Source of the DNA: Eledone cirrhosa | Lineage: Eukaryota | Length of the DNA: 64,000 nucleotides | Direction of reading: 5' to 3' | Assembly: GCA_964016885.1 (NCBI GenBank) | Contig: OZ024763.1 | Location: 17,484,001 to 17,548,000 of the forward strand | In this document: positions 1-12,388 of the stretch, in pieces | Position numbering within the stretch: the stretch's first letter is position 1 | Layout: every line of letters starts with the position of its first letter | Position numbers and translations under genes: made by a program | Notes under the pieces: generated by a model | The model's input: the letters and a program-made list of their open reading frames with translations, nothing else | Told to the model about the DNA's origin: nothing | Databases searched by the model: none

Positions 1-39
1 TGGTGGTGGTGGTGTTGGTGGTGGTGGTGGTGGTGGTGG

Positions 40-70
<31 letters not shown>

Positions 71-158
71 GTTGGTGGTGGTGGTGGTGGTGGTGGTGGT
101 GGTGTTGTTGTTGTTGGTGGTGGTGGTGGTGGTGGTGGTGGTGGTGGTGTTGTTGTTG
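1..158. repeat. (TGG)n/(TGT)n microsatellite
   Basis: Direct reading. Confidence 0.95.
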
Positions 159-354
159 CCATAAGAGAGACCTGCTTCTTTCCTTCTCATCTCCGTTCAT
201 TGCAGATTTAGGATATGTTTAGCTGTTTTTAATGGCAGTTAAACATATTCTCCACTTAGATGGCGTTGGGGAGAGACATATACATACACATACATACATA
301 TATACATACACATACATACATATATACATACACATACATATATATATATACATA

Positions 355-705
355 TATTTACTACTAATTTTGAATAAAATTATTATTGTTTTTGACAACA
401 GCTGGTGATATATGCATGAAAGGAAATATTCTCCTTATCTGATATTTTGTAACTAACCTTACATAGATCGATATCGAAGTATGTTTACGATGTATTATCA
501 TCACCTAGAAACGATCGTAAAGCAGTGAAGTATATCTCTAATGGCTTGATTTTTTATTTCAATGTTTTAACTTATATCATGACTCTGTTTTCCTTTTAAT
601 GTTTTTTTTGTTTTCCGGGATTTATTTTAACCTACAACACTTTCAACATATGGATTACATTGAGTTCTTGATGCAGAATAGACCCCACAACTTACTGTGG
701 ATACC

Positions 706-706
<1 letters not shown>
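355..706 (+). mobile_element. Penelope-like pLTR remnant with degenerate long-stem-II hammerhead (385-526)
   Basis: GAAACGATCGTA at 508-519 followed by AAGCAGT; reverse-complement copy at 43718-43920; related to 20396-20800. Confidence 0.55.
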
Positions 707-753
<47 letters not shown>

Positions 754-872
754 GATATAGATATATACATACAAACAGACACATACATATATATATACAC
801 ACATACATATATATATACACACATACATACATATATTCATATATATATACATATATAAATAAACATATACAT

Positions 873-939
<67 letters not shown>

Positions 940-1067
940 CATATATTCATATATATATACATATGTAAATAAACATATACATATACATACATATATATAT
1001 ATATATATACATACATACATATATATATATACATACATATATATATATATATACACATATATATATA

Positions 1068-1115
<48 letters not shown>
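707..1115. repeat. (TA)n/(CA)n compound microsatellite, representative of dozens in the window
   Basis: Direct reading; source of the YI/CV ORFs. Confidence 0.95.
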
Positions 1116-1117
<2 letters not shown>

Positions 1118-1159
1118 AATACATAGAATAAAAAATAAATAGGTAAATAAGACAAAAAA

Positions 1160-1595
1160 GCAACAACAACTACTACTACTACTTCTACTACTACTACTAC
1201 TACTACTACAACTACTTCTACTACTACTACTATTACTGAACTACACATTTTATAAATAAATGAATAGACAATAAGGCAACAACTACTACATCAACAAGAA
1301 TAACAAATACTACTACTACTACTACATTACTACTACTCCTTCTATTCTAGTTCTACTACTACCACCACTACTACTTCTATTACAGCTGCTGCTACTTTTA
1401 CCACTACAACAACAACTACTACTACTACAACAACAACTACCACTACTACCACCACCACTACCACTACTAACTACTATAATCACTACCACTACTAACTACT
1501 ACCATCACCACTACTACTACTACAACATTTACTACCACTACCTCTACCACCACCACCACCACTACTACTACCACCACCACAACTACTATTGCTAC
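1160..1595. repeat. (TAC)n/(CAC)n microsatellite
   Basis: Direct reading. Confidence 0.9.
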
Positions 1596-1599
1596 AAAA

Positions 1600-1693
1600 T
1601 TAACAAGAAACCACTGCCAAATCTGAACTCATTTGATTATGTAAATCCAATATTTTATAGTAAACATTGTTTGAAATAAATGTTTGATGTCTT
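1600..1693 (-). CDS. Possible terminal host exon (RHQTFISNNVYYKILDLHNQMSSDLAVVSC*)
   Basis: Minus-strand acceptor cttctacttacag; frame compatible with 3487-3561; no recognisable homology. Confidence 0.15.
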
Positions 1694-1764
1694 CTGTAAG
1701 TAGAAGTATGCTAGAGGTTATGGCAGAGAGAGAGAGAGAGAGATTAACAACTGTACCCAACCTA

Positions 1765-2325
1765 GGCCCCCAGTTCACACTGTAAGGTGATTATTTTGGT
1801 GACATGACAAAAATGGTCCGGTTCACACTGTAAAGTGGTTGTGTAGGTGACATGATAAAAAGGGCCCAGTCCACACTGTAAAGTCGTCGTTTTGGTGACC
1901 CAAAACAACGACTTTACAGTGTGGACTGGGCACTTTTTATGATAAAAATGGCCTGATAAAAATGGCCTAGTTCACACTGTAAGGTGGTTATTTTGGTGAC
2001 ATGATAAAAAGTGCCCAGGCCACATTGTAAAGTGGTTGTATAGGTGACATGACAAAAATAGCCCAGTCCACATTATAAAGTGGTTGTGTAGGTGATATGA
2101 CAAAAAGCGCCCAGTCCACACTGTAAAGTAGTTGTATAGGTGACATGACAAAAAGCGCCCAGTCCACACTGTAAAGTAGTTGTATAGGTGACATGACAAA
2201 AATAGCCCAGTCCACACCGTAAAGTGGTTTTATTGGTGACATGACAAAAATAGCCCAGTCCACACTGTAAAGTGGTTGTATAGGTGATATGACAAAAAGC
2301 GCCCAGTCCACACTGTAAAGTGGTT
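1765..2325 (+). repeat. 48-bp minisatellite derived from an internal SINE-1 segment
   Basis: Unit cccagtccacactgtaaagtggttgtataggtgacatgacaaaaa; reverse complement of the array at 38760-39410. Confidence 0.85.
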
Positions 2326-2825
2326 ATATTGGAGACACCATACTGCCCCACACCACTCCACACCACCCCAACACACCACTCACCCCGCACCACCCCAACA
2401 CACCACTCCAACTACCACAACACACCACGCCACTCCACACCACCCCAGCACACCACCCCAACTACCACACCACACTACCCCCCCCCCCCACACACACACC
2501 ATCCCCACACCACACCACACCAGCCCACCCTAAAAAAAACAGCACAAATACTGCAATAACAGAAAAGAAAAGAAAACAATAAAAACAGAAAAGGGGAAAT
2601 TAGAAGAAAAAACAGCAAAAACAGAAAAGGGAGAGAGAAATAGAGAAGAAAAAAAACAGTTTAAAAAATCAGGAAAAATATAAGAAAAGACAAAAAAATA
2701 ACAGGGAAAAAATAGAAAAAAGCCATTTGCAGGAATATTTCTTATTTTGTTGATTATTTTACCTTTTTTTCTTTTGGTGTTGGTTTTTTTGTTGCTATCA
2801 TATATATATATATTGAACACTTTAA

Positions 2826-2857
<32 letters not shown>

Positions 2858-3011
2858 TGAACACTTTAAAAATAAAAATAAACTCCCTTTCTCTCGCTAT
2901 ATATATAGAGAGAGAGAAAGATAGATGTCAGATGTATATCTATATATATATATAGATGTATATCTATCTATATATAGATATATATATGTATTTCTATTTC
3001 TATATATATAT

Positions 3012-3080
<69 letters not shown>

Positions 3081-3186
3081 TACACACATAAATATACATA
3101 CATAAATCTATCTATCTATATATAGATGTATAATATCTATCTATATATAGATATATAATATCTCTCTACATATAGATATAGATGTC

Positions 3187-3253
<67 letters not shown>

Positions 3254-3486
3254 AATATACATACATAAATCTATCTATCTATATATAGATGTATAATATC
3301 TATCTATATATAGATATATAATATCTCTCTATATATAGATATAGATGTCAGATATATATATATATATATATGACATCTACAGCTGTTATATTTTATATTC
3401 CAATCATCAATCTATCGGCCATTCTTGTGTCACTCTCAGAAGGCAATTATTCTTAAAAGTACCATTTTCTAGGTTTTGGAACTTAC

Positions 3487-3561
3487 TGTCTGATGAATGA
3501 CAAATTAGTTGTGTGTCCTAGAAATTTAGCATTATTGATAATATTTGAAGTATATAGGAAA
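3487..3561 (-). CDS. Possible 75-nt host exon (FLYTSNIINNAKFLGHTTNLSFIR)
   Basis: Strong acceptor ttttttctgtctttctcag, donor gtaagt, one open frame (phase 2-2). Confidence 0.3.
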
Positions 3562-3838
3562 CTGAGAAAGACAGAAAAAATGTAGAGAGTTTTGAAACAA
3601 AGAAACAGAGAGACAAAGGTGGTGCAGAATAGAATGAATTGTTTAAAAAATTCTAAGAAAAAAGAGAATAAGGGAATAAAAGAATAAAGCTACAAACAGT
3701 CAGGAATTGTGTTTGTTTTTCTAAAATTATGTAAGTTTTAGAATTCATTGTTTGTACTTAAGAAGCCGTTATTTCAACTCTAACAGCAACAGTGGTACAT
3801 GATCAGATATAGATGGTGTGGGTGTGTATTTGAGTGTG

Positions 3839-3919
<81 letters not shown>

Positions 3920-3974
3920 GTATATATATATGTATATATATATATGTATATATATATATATGTATATATATATG

Positions 3975-4011
<37 letters not shown>

Positions 4012-4034
4012 GTATATATATATATGTATATATA

Positions 4035-4375
4035 ATGGTGGCACATGGCTTAGTGGTTAGAACATTGGCCTTGCAATCGAAAGGTTGTAAGTTCAATTCT
4101 CAGACCAGGTGATGTGTTGTTTCCTTGAGCAAGACACTTTATTTCACATTGCTCCAGTTTACTCAGCTATAGAAATGAAATGATAGGGACTGGGGTCCCT
4201 ATCATTCCACTGCAAAGTGGTCGTGGAGGTGCCACGGCAAAAAAGCACCCAGCACTCACTGTAACTGAGGTTGGTGTTAGGAAGGGCATCCAGCTGTAGA
4301 AATCAAGCCAGAATCAGTTCCCCGTCCCACCCTTGCAAGCAGGGAAAAAGCAGACATAAAATGAAATGAAATGAT
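4035..4375 (+). mobile_element. SINE-1 (tRNA head, RTE-type tail)
   Basis: A box TGGCTTAGTGG, B box AGTTCAATTC, ccttgagcaagacacttt core, (ATG)n tail; about 11 copies in window. Confidence 0.9.
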
Positions 4376-4387
4376 ATATATACATTG

Positions 4388-4540
4388 GACACACTAGAAG
4401 AGGAAGACCAAGGTTAACGTATGTTGATGCCCTAAGGACAGACACTGGTCTGTTGGAGACGCAGGACATGGCAGCGATAATGAGGGACAGAGACCGCTGG
4501 AGAGAACTCGTCCATGGATCTCGGGAATTTTACCCGCCTT
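4388..4540 (+). mobile_element. 3' end of the LINE family seen at 45531-45990
   Basis: Near-identical to the reverse complement of 45531-45685. Confidence 0.8.
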
Positions 4541-4553
4541 AGAAATGTATATA

Positions 4554-4610
<57 letters not shown>

Positions 4611-4662
4611 ATATATATATATATCAGATACAGTCAGTAAGTATGTGTGTGTGTGTATGTAT

Positions 4663-4697
<35 letters not shown>

Positions 4698-4699
4698 CA

Positions 4700-4875
4700 A
4701 TATATTAACAAATGGAAACTATATTTATAAAACCATATTTATTTCATTATACATATTTAAAGGGCCACCAAGGCAAACTATGGTGCGCTTTCATCAGATA
4801 AAATATAATATAGGTTAGTTTTATAAATAAATATTGACATACCCTGAAAAAATGCAACTATTCTGGTTGGAATCT
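4700..4875 (-). mobile_element. Penelope-like pLTR remnant, hammerhead with GAAA mutated to TAAA (4741-4804)
   Basis: Same family as 26600-26965 and 48130-49050. Confidence 0.6.
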
Positions 4876-4951
4876 CTTATATATATCCCCTAATTATATT
4901 TTGCTTGTTGTATCCCAACAAATTAAATATAACCTCTACACATATATATAT

Positions 4952-5084
<133 letters not shown>

Positions 5085-5397
5085 GAAAGGTATAGAGATT
5101 GTTTTAGCGAGAAGCTAACAGCATTCTATAACATATATGCGACTATATCGTCAAGATGGGAAAAGTAGTTAACGTAAGATTTAGGAAAAATAATTCAAAC
5201 TCATCTCAAAAGAGAATCAGGATATAAATTCATCCACAGAATTTAGTGAAATCCAGGGAAAAATCAATAGACCTTTAACTCATGATAAAATAAAGTTTAA
5301 AACACTTATCCTTCAATTTGGAATAACATCAAATGCTCTGTATAGTCTTAAAAGACTATTTCATGAAATATATATATATCAGATACAGTCAGTAGGT

Positions 5398-5451
<54 letters not shown>

Positions 5452-5800
5452 ATATTTGCCAGAGATATTAACAGAACACACTCACTGTTTGGTTGGTTTT
5501 CACTGTATCTTTTATATCTCCGTAGTTAATTTATGTATATATATACATATAAAGATACTTATATCCATCTATCAATCTATATAAGGAATAACAAAATATC
5601 GTTATAGGTAATCCAGTTAGAGGTTGTGAATACTTCTTATTATGGATAGTTTTAGCGTACGGCCTTGTTTGACTCCACAAGAGGTTTCCTTAGGTACCGA
5701 GTTTATGATTTCACTTGTATTCCTATGTAAGTTTATCTTGGAGTAATACAACTGAAAAAGTACAGAATAACATGGTCAACAGTACAAACAAGGGGAATAA

Positions 5801-5912
5801 ACAGTTTCTGATGACATGATTGAGCTAGCATCGTATTTAAAATTGAGTGGCACTGCTTCTAGTGTTCAGCAATCTTTAGACAACTTTATCAGAGAAATAA
5901 TTGTTAGACTGT
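5801..5912 (+). ncRNA. Type I hammerhead-like motif inside an inverted repeat (arms 5769-5798, 5919-5948)
   Basis: acagttt-CTGATGA-long stem II-GAAATAATTGTT-agactgt. Confidence 0.55.
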
Positions 5913-5998
5913 AAATAAATTCCCCTTTTTTGTACTGTTGACCATGTTCTTCTTCACATTTTTTCAATTTTATCTCTCTCTCTCTCTATCTCTATCTA

Positions 5999-6039
<41 letters not shown>

Positions 6040-6132
6040 TGTCCCCCACCAACACCCCACTCTCCAGAGCGTGAAATTAAAATACATTCGTTGTACTGCC
6101 TCTCTGTTTTGTCCCTGTTCAAATTTTTCCAT

Positions 6133-6163
<31 letters not shown>

Positions 6164-6236
6164 CATATATATATATATATATATATATATGTTTAATATA
6201 AAAATGGCTTCTACAGGACTAGAACTGTTTCATTTG

Positions 6237-6287
6237 GGCTTCCTGATGATTTCTCCTGAATGAAACAGTTCTAGTCCTGTAGAAGCC
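6237..6287 (+). ncRNA. Type I hammerhead ribozyme motif within a 34-bp-arm palindrome (6201-6292)
   Basis: GGCTTC-CTGATGA-tTTCtcctGAAt-GAAACAG-ttctagtc-CTGTA-GAAGCC. Confidence 0.7.
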
Positions 6288-6384
6288 ATTTTAGAAGCTA
6301 TATTAAATATTTATACTCTGCTATGTACCGAGTGCCTTACTTACTGTGGTTACTCCCGATTGGGATAAACTTATATATATATAT

Positions 6385-6485
6385 AACGAAGGAGGTGTGG
6401 TAAGGAACCAGATGGACCATAACGCACCAGAGTACTCAATACTTAGGGAAGTAGAGCTCTGCCGTCGGGGTCTAACATTTTCCTA
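6385..6485. repeat. Fragment of the inverted-repeat family at 47481 and 57548
   Basis: Shared gtggtaaggaaccagatggaccataacgcac. Confidence 0.75.
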
Positions 6486-6713
6486 TATATATCTATATAT
6501 ATACATACACACAAACATATATATATAATCACATACACACACATACATATATATATATATATTTATTAAAATAACAGATTAAAGTGTAAGCAAAGAATCG
6601 CTGCTTTCACCCTTAACGGGATCTTCTTATATATTTGATATATATTTATCCTTATCGAGCCCTCTTTGGATTTTAGTCTTCAAATTTATTATTATTACTA
6701 TATGTATATATAT

Positions 6714-7057
6714 ATCATCATTCATCATTTCATTTTACGTCCGCTTTTCCCTGCTTGCAAGGGTGGGACGGGAATTGATGCTGGCTTGATTTCTACAGCT
6801 GGATGCCCTCCCTAACACCAACCTCATTTACAGTGAGTGCTGGGTGCTTTTTTGCCATGGCACCTACACGACCACTTTGCAGTGGAATGATATGGACCCC
6901 AGTCCCTATCATCTCATTTCTACAGTTGAGTAAACTGGAGCAATGTGAAATAAAGTGTCTTGTTCAAGGAAACAACACATCACCCGGTCTCAGAATTGAA
7001 CTCACAACCTGTCGATTGCAAGCCCAATGCTCTAACCACTAAGCCATGTGCCTCCAT
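6714..7057 (-). mobile_element. SINE-1
   Basis: Full-length reverse-complement copy. Confidence 0.9.
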
Positions 7058-7217
7058 ATATATATATATATATATACACACACTTATATTGGGGGAAATT
7101 TTCATTTTCCGCATTTTGTATATATATATATTTGAGTATATATATATTTATATATATTTATTATATATTTATATATATTTATATATATTTCTATATATGT
7201 ATAAATATATAAATATA

Positions 7218-8449
7218 TAGAAGCAGATTTGAGAGAATATTTTGAAAAATTGAATAGTGATATTGCAAATGCCAAAACAGCCAATACCAGCACACTTTGT
7301 GTCAATGATGTTGTTGCTGTTAGTGAAGTCTTTTACCATAGGATAAATGCTATCATTAATGAAGTGTTTCTGGCAAAAAATAATCCAAATTTTGGTAAAG
7401 TTTGGTAAATTTCTGGAGAATTGAATATCAACAAAGGGGTGCCCCCGCACACCCATATGAAGCTCTGGTGTGATCAGGCACCCATTTATGACAAGGACCC
7501 TCCAGAAAAATTTCAACAATTCATTGAGCAACATATTACTTGCAGAATGCCTTGCTCTGTATCTAGCCCCACATTGCATAATTTGGTGTCTAGATTTCAA
7601 GTGCATTCATGCACAAAAACTTGTTGGAGAGTTTATGGCAGAGGGAAAAATGTTGCAAAAAAGTGTAGATTTGGATTTCCAAAGTCTGATAGAGAATTCA
7701 AATTCTTTACTGTGGCAGAAAGTGTAAAATCAAGAAAAAAATGTATAGGTGTCAAGAAATTGTATCACCTTCAAAGAAAATCATCTGAAAAATATATCAA
7801 TGATTATAATCCTTTACTTCTTTTGATTTGGCCAGCCAATGTAGATGTTCAATACATTGGAGAAAATAGTATGATTTTGACAAGGTATGTCACTAGTTAC
7901 CAAACTAAAGCTGAAAAAAATGAGGCTGAAGGTGTTTGGGAAAATTTGGATGAAACTCGATCAAAATATGGAAGATACAAATCAGCTGGTCTTCAGCTCA
8001 TTGGAAAAACAGACATTGGAGCATATGAGAGTGCTGTTAAGTTGTTAGGACACCATTTATTTGGTTCATCTGATCATGTCATTTGGCTTGGTGCTGATAT
8101 TCCTAGCAAAAGGAGCCATAGGATCAAATCAAATCAAGAATTGCAAGAAATGCCACAAGAATCCACAAATATATTTCATGAAAATATGGTGGAAAATTAT
8201 TATTCCAATAGACCATTGTTTTTGGAAGAAACTTCATTATATGAAGTTGCTAGAAAATATGAAAAGGTTTCATATCCACCTAAGGAAAAAGAAGAAGCAA
8301 AAAAAATGATTATGACAAACAAGAAAGGCTACTTTAAAAAAGTCAAGACTCCAAATGTGCCTCTAAACAAAGAAAACAAGGAACGTTATTACCACAATAT
8401 TCTCATGCTTTTTAATACCTTTTCAATTTTAATATTTTGGATTTTATAG
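7218..8449 (+). pseudogene. Helentron/Helitron2-type Rep (HUH endonuclease) fragment, frameshifted
   Basis: FWRIEYQQRGAP/HTHMKLW HUH motif split by a frameshift near 7443; HSCTKTC, CRFGFP, YNPLLL-W-AN-DVQ, YVTSYQTKAE, YYSNRP, ERYYHNILMLF. Confidence 0.85.
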
Positions 8450-9082
8450 AAATATTGAAATGAAAAATTAATTTTTATTGATGAAAAAAGGATTGTAAAT
8501 GCCTTAGCAAATAGTCAAGGTAATTTAAATAAAATAATTTGCTGCAATGCCTTAAAAAAAGGGGGACTAGACCGAAAAATGTGGGCGTATGTGTATTAAT
8601 ATTCTTAAATAATAATAAACTTGGAAAAGTACAGGAAAAGTAGAATTAACTCTTAAAATATTGAAGCTGGAATTTGAATTTGATGAATTAAATGTACAAT
8701 AATAAGCCTATGACATCACACTTAATCACAAGGAGGTGAAGGTTGTTAAGATGGCATGGAACAGGACGTTTCGGTGCAGGCATTTCTGTGCCAGCTGTTC
8801 AGCACTGGCATGTGGAATGGTCATTCCTTGCTCTTTCATGGATAGATTTAGAATAACACAAGAATGACCTAAAGACAACCAAGATAATTTTTTACTTTAA
8901 TTATTAATTAAATAATTAGAAACGATCTAGAAATCACCTTGATTCATTAGGAATGGTCTAGTTAATCTTTGGTGCTAATCTCTAAAAGATAGTCTCTGCT
9001 TTCCTCATAAGAAAGGAACAGTAATCCAGATTATCAATCAGAATGATATCGCACTTGATCACTAAATTTTCTTTTTGAAATA

Positions 9083-9201
9083 CAGTTGACTATCTCTAAT
9101 TGTCACTCAAAGGAACTGTAAAAATGACTGACAATTAGGGAGAGTCACAAAAAATAAAAGTTGGGCCAAAAATGGCGCTGACAATTAGGGAGAGTCAACT
9201 G
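9083..9201. mobile_element. pogo/Tc1-type MITE
   Basis: TA|CAGTTGACTATCTCTAATTGTCA ... TGACAATTAGGGAGAGTCAACTG|TA. Confidence 0.8.
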
Positions 9202-9647
9202 TAATTCGATCTTGACAAATTTTGGCTTAACATTTTTAAAAAATTAAATTAGATTAATAATTTTAATATGATGACAATTTATGCAAAATTTAGCTCATTA
9301 CTTTTTACTATTAATTTCAATTAATTTTTAATGTCAATTTTTAAAGTAATACAGTATAATTAACCCACTAAAGGGACAAAAAAAGTGACTACTTAAATGA
9401 ACTGACAATTTATGTACAAAAGATTGATGACATTAATTGCATTTGGTTGACAAGATGGTGATTGCTGACTTAAGCAAACTGATGACTTAATATCTAATAA
9501 ATCCCCTAATTCATTATTATTTCTTATCTCTTGGCATTACTAATTTTACTGTACATTGAATTCATCAAATTCAAATTCCAGCTTCAATATTTTAAGAGTT
9601 AATTCTACTTGTCCTGTACTTTTCCAGGTTTATTATTATTTAAGAAT

Positions 9648-9815
9648 CGGTAGAGGGTCGGACGCCATGCTTTGAAAGCAAAGAGTTACGGCCCTTTATG
9701 ATCTGAGTTCAAATCCCGCCGAGGTTAACTTTGCCTTTCATCCTTACGAGGTCGATAAAATAAAGTACCAGTAATACACTGGGTAATTGCTGGCCTTGTG
9801 CTAAAAGTAGAAACA
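9648..9815 (+). mobile_element. SINE-2 with 16-bp TSD attattatttaagaat
   Basis: B box GAGTTCAAATCC; gcctttcatccttacgaggtcgataaa core; TSD at 9632-9647 and 9816-9831. Confidence 0.9.
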
Positions 9816-9864
9816 ATTATTATTTAAGAATATTAATACAAATGCGCCCGCATTTTTCGGTCTA

Positions 9865-9914
<50 letters not shown>

Positions 9915-10310
9915 ATATATTTGTATATATGTACATATATATGTATATATATTTGTATATATGTACATATATATACATATATATATACATATTCATATAT
10001 ATATATACATACTCATATACATATTCATATATATATATATACATACTCATATATATATATACATACTCATATATACATACATACACACACACATGCACAC
10101 ATACGTAAGAGAATGTTGTAGCTTACTTGAGGCAAAATGAAAATTGGTTGTGTTTAAGGAAGCCACCAGAATGTAGATGGCGTTGTAAGTATTTAGGCAA
10201 TTTCAATTTCTGCTTGACCGGCAACCGCTCTGTATAATCAGTTCCTGATTATTACTAGAATTCTATAAGAATCAAACATTCATGATTTTCAGCAAACAGG
10301 TGGAGTACTT

Positions 10311-10355
10311 AGCTTTGATAAGTACCAAAAAGTACGAAACAGAGCTCTGTCAGCT
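10311..10355 (+). ncRNA. Degenerate hammerhead motif (GUC family)
   Basis: agct-TTGATAA-gtac..gtac-GAAACAGAGCTCTGTC-agct; core mutated. Confidence 0.55.
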
Positions 10356-10500
10356 TTATCTCTCCTGTTTTCTGAAAATTTTAAGTTAGTGAGTCTGTCA
10401 CTACTCTAAAACAATAGCGTAAGGTCTTCGAAATGCTTTTAATTAAGCATACAGTGTATTGCAAAATACACTATATATATACATTCATATATATATATAT

Positions 10501-10806
10501 ATCATCATCATCTTACGTCTGCTTTTCCCTGCTTGCAAGGGTGGGACGGGAACTGATTCTGGCTTGATTTCTACAGCTGGATGCCCTTCCTAACACCAAC
10601 CTCATTTACAGTGAGTGCTGGGTCCTTTTTTTCCGTGGCGCCTCCACGTCCACTTTACAGTGTGGGCTGGGTGCTTTTTTTCCGTGGCACCTCCACAACC
10701 ACTTTGCAGTGGAATGAGAGGGACCCCAGTCCCTATCATCTCATTTCTACAGCTGAGTAAACTGGAGCAATGTGGAATAAAGTGTCTTGCTCAAGGAAAC
10801 AACACA
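10501..10806 (-). mobile_element. SINE-1, 5'-truncated, one extra internal unit
   Basis: Homology to other copies. Confidence 0.85.
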
Positions 10807-10894
10807 ATATATATATATATATCAGATACATATATTAATAGTGAAACTATCTGTGTCAATTTATCGCCCCTGAACATATAAATATATATATATA

Positions 10895-10926
<32 letters not shown>

Positions 10927-10957
10927 GAAGTGGTTACACAACAGTTAGTTCACCATG

Positions 10958-10997
10958 CCGAGAACAATTGTTTCACCTTCGCGGCTCTTCAGCTCGG
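10958..10997 (-). ncRNA. Minimal type I hammerhead ribozyme motif
   Basis: CCGAG-CTGAAGA-GCCgcgaaGGT-GAAACAATTGTT-CTCGG. Confidence 0.75.
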
Positions 10998-11161
10998 GAT
11001 GTGTGTGGTTATAGGAACAGGAAGGGCAACCGTACGAACGCGCATGCACAGAAACTCGGTCACTTCACACAGGCAATACTAGACTGAGTGAGTGTGTGTG
11101 TAAATATATATATATATATATGGAGGAGGTTATAGTTCACTTGAAGCATTGTGTAATGAGG

Positions 11162-11413
11162 TATAAACGTTTGAATATGTGCAATAAGGCCAAAACAATG
11201 CAGGTATGGACATAGAAAAAAAGAATGCAATAGTAAAAGAATTCGTCTTTCACCTTGAATTTATTTCCCTCCGAAGAAGAGATATTATCTCGAAAATTAA
11301 GGACATTTAAATAAATTCAAGGTGAAAGATGAATTCTTTTACTATTGCATTCTTTTTTCTATGTCCATACCTGCATTGTTTTGGCCTTATTGCACATATT
11401 CAAACGTTTATAT
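11162..11413 (+). repeat. ~105-bp-arm inverted repeat with a hammerhead-like motif in the spacer (11268-11302)
   Basis: cct-CCGAAGA-a-GAGATattATCTC-GAAAATTA-agg. Confidence 0.8.
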
Positions 11414-11466
11414 ATATATATATGTGTGTGTGTATATATATATATGTGTGTGGATATATATATATA

Positions 11467-11509
<43 letters not shown>

Positions 11510-11540
11510 ATATATATATATATATGTGTGGATATATATA

Positions 11541-11605
<65 letters not shown>

Positions 11606-11849
11606 GTGTGTGTATATATATGTGTGTGTGTGTGTATATATATATATATGTGTGGATATATATATATATGTGTGTGTGTATATATATATATATATATTGT
11701 TATACTTTGGGAGGGTCATGTTGCCAATAAGAAACACACGCACCAGTTGCTTTCACTTCAATTTATTATAAATTAAATTTATAAATTTAGGAATTTATAA
11801 ATTTCCGGTTGGTTGGTTGGTTCCACAACCAGACGATTGTTCATATATT

Positions 11850-11892
11850 GTCAAAGTTCTTTCGTCACACGTTCTGTGACCTCTTCAGTGAC
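11850..11892 (-). ncRNA. Minimal hammerhead motif
   Basis: GTCA-CTGAAGA-g-GTCACagaacgtGTGAC-GAAAGAACTT-TGAC. Confidence 0.65.
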
Positions 11893-12040
11893 TGGGGATT
11901 CTTTTCTTTGTTTTTGTGCCTCTCCTTTGTTCTGTCCTACGCCATCTTGTTTTTGTGTGTGTTTATATATATATATATATATATATCCACACATATATAT
12001 ATACACACACACATATATATACACACACACACATATATAT

Positions 12041-12081
<41 letters not shown>

Positions 12082-12215
12082 CACACACACACACTCACTT
12101 GTACGCACACAACTGAGAAAATATAAAATTGTTTTTTGAATAAACATAATTTATTCATTTATTTAGTTATATTTCTGTCTGTGCCTTCCTCTCTCTATAT
12201 CTATCTATCTATCTA

Positions 12216-12253
<38 letters not shown>

Positions 12254-12388
12254 CCTGCCAGTCTGTCTATTTATCTATCTGTCTATCTAACCATCTACCT
12301 ACCTGTATGTCTATCTATCCATCTGTCAGTTTATCTGTGTATCCATGTATCTGTCTGTCTGTCTGTCCATCTATGCATCAGCCTATCT

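Larger units (their letters stand above)
8567..9865. mobile_element. Element bounded by ~130-bp inverted repeats, each ending in a Helitron-type CTAG terminus
   Basis: 8567-8698 is the reverse complement of 9550-9865 once the SINE is removed; hairpin AAATGC-gccc-GCATTT then CTAG|T. Confidence 0.7.

Noticed and set aside
3487-3530. CTGATGA...GAAATTT as a hammerhead
   Set aside because: No convincing stem I; the minus-strand exon reading fits better
4035-4110. tRNA gene
   Set aside because: A/B boxes belong to a SINE head that continues into SINE body and tail
8762-8806. Minus-strand CTGAACA...GAAACGTC hammerhead-like motif
   Set aside because: Core G8 is changed and stems I and II pair poorly
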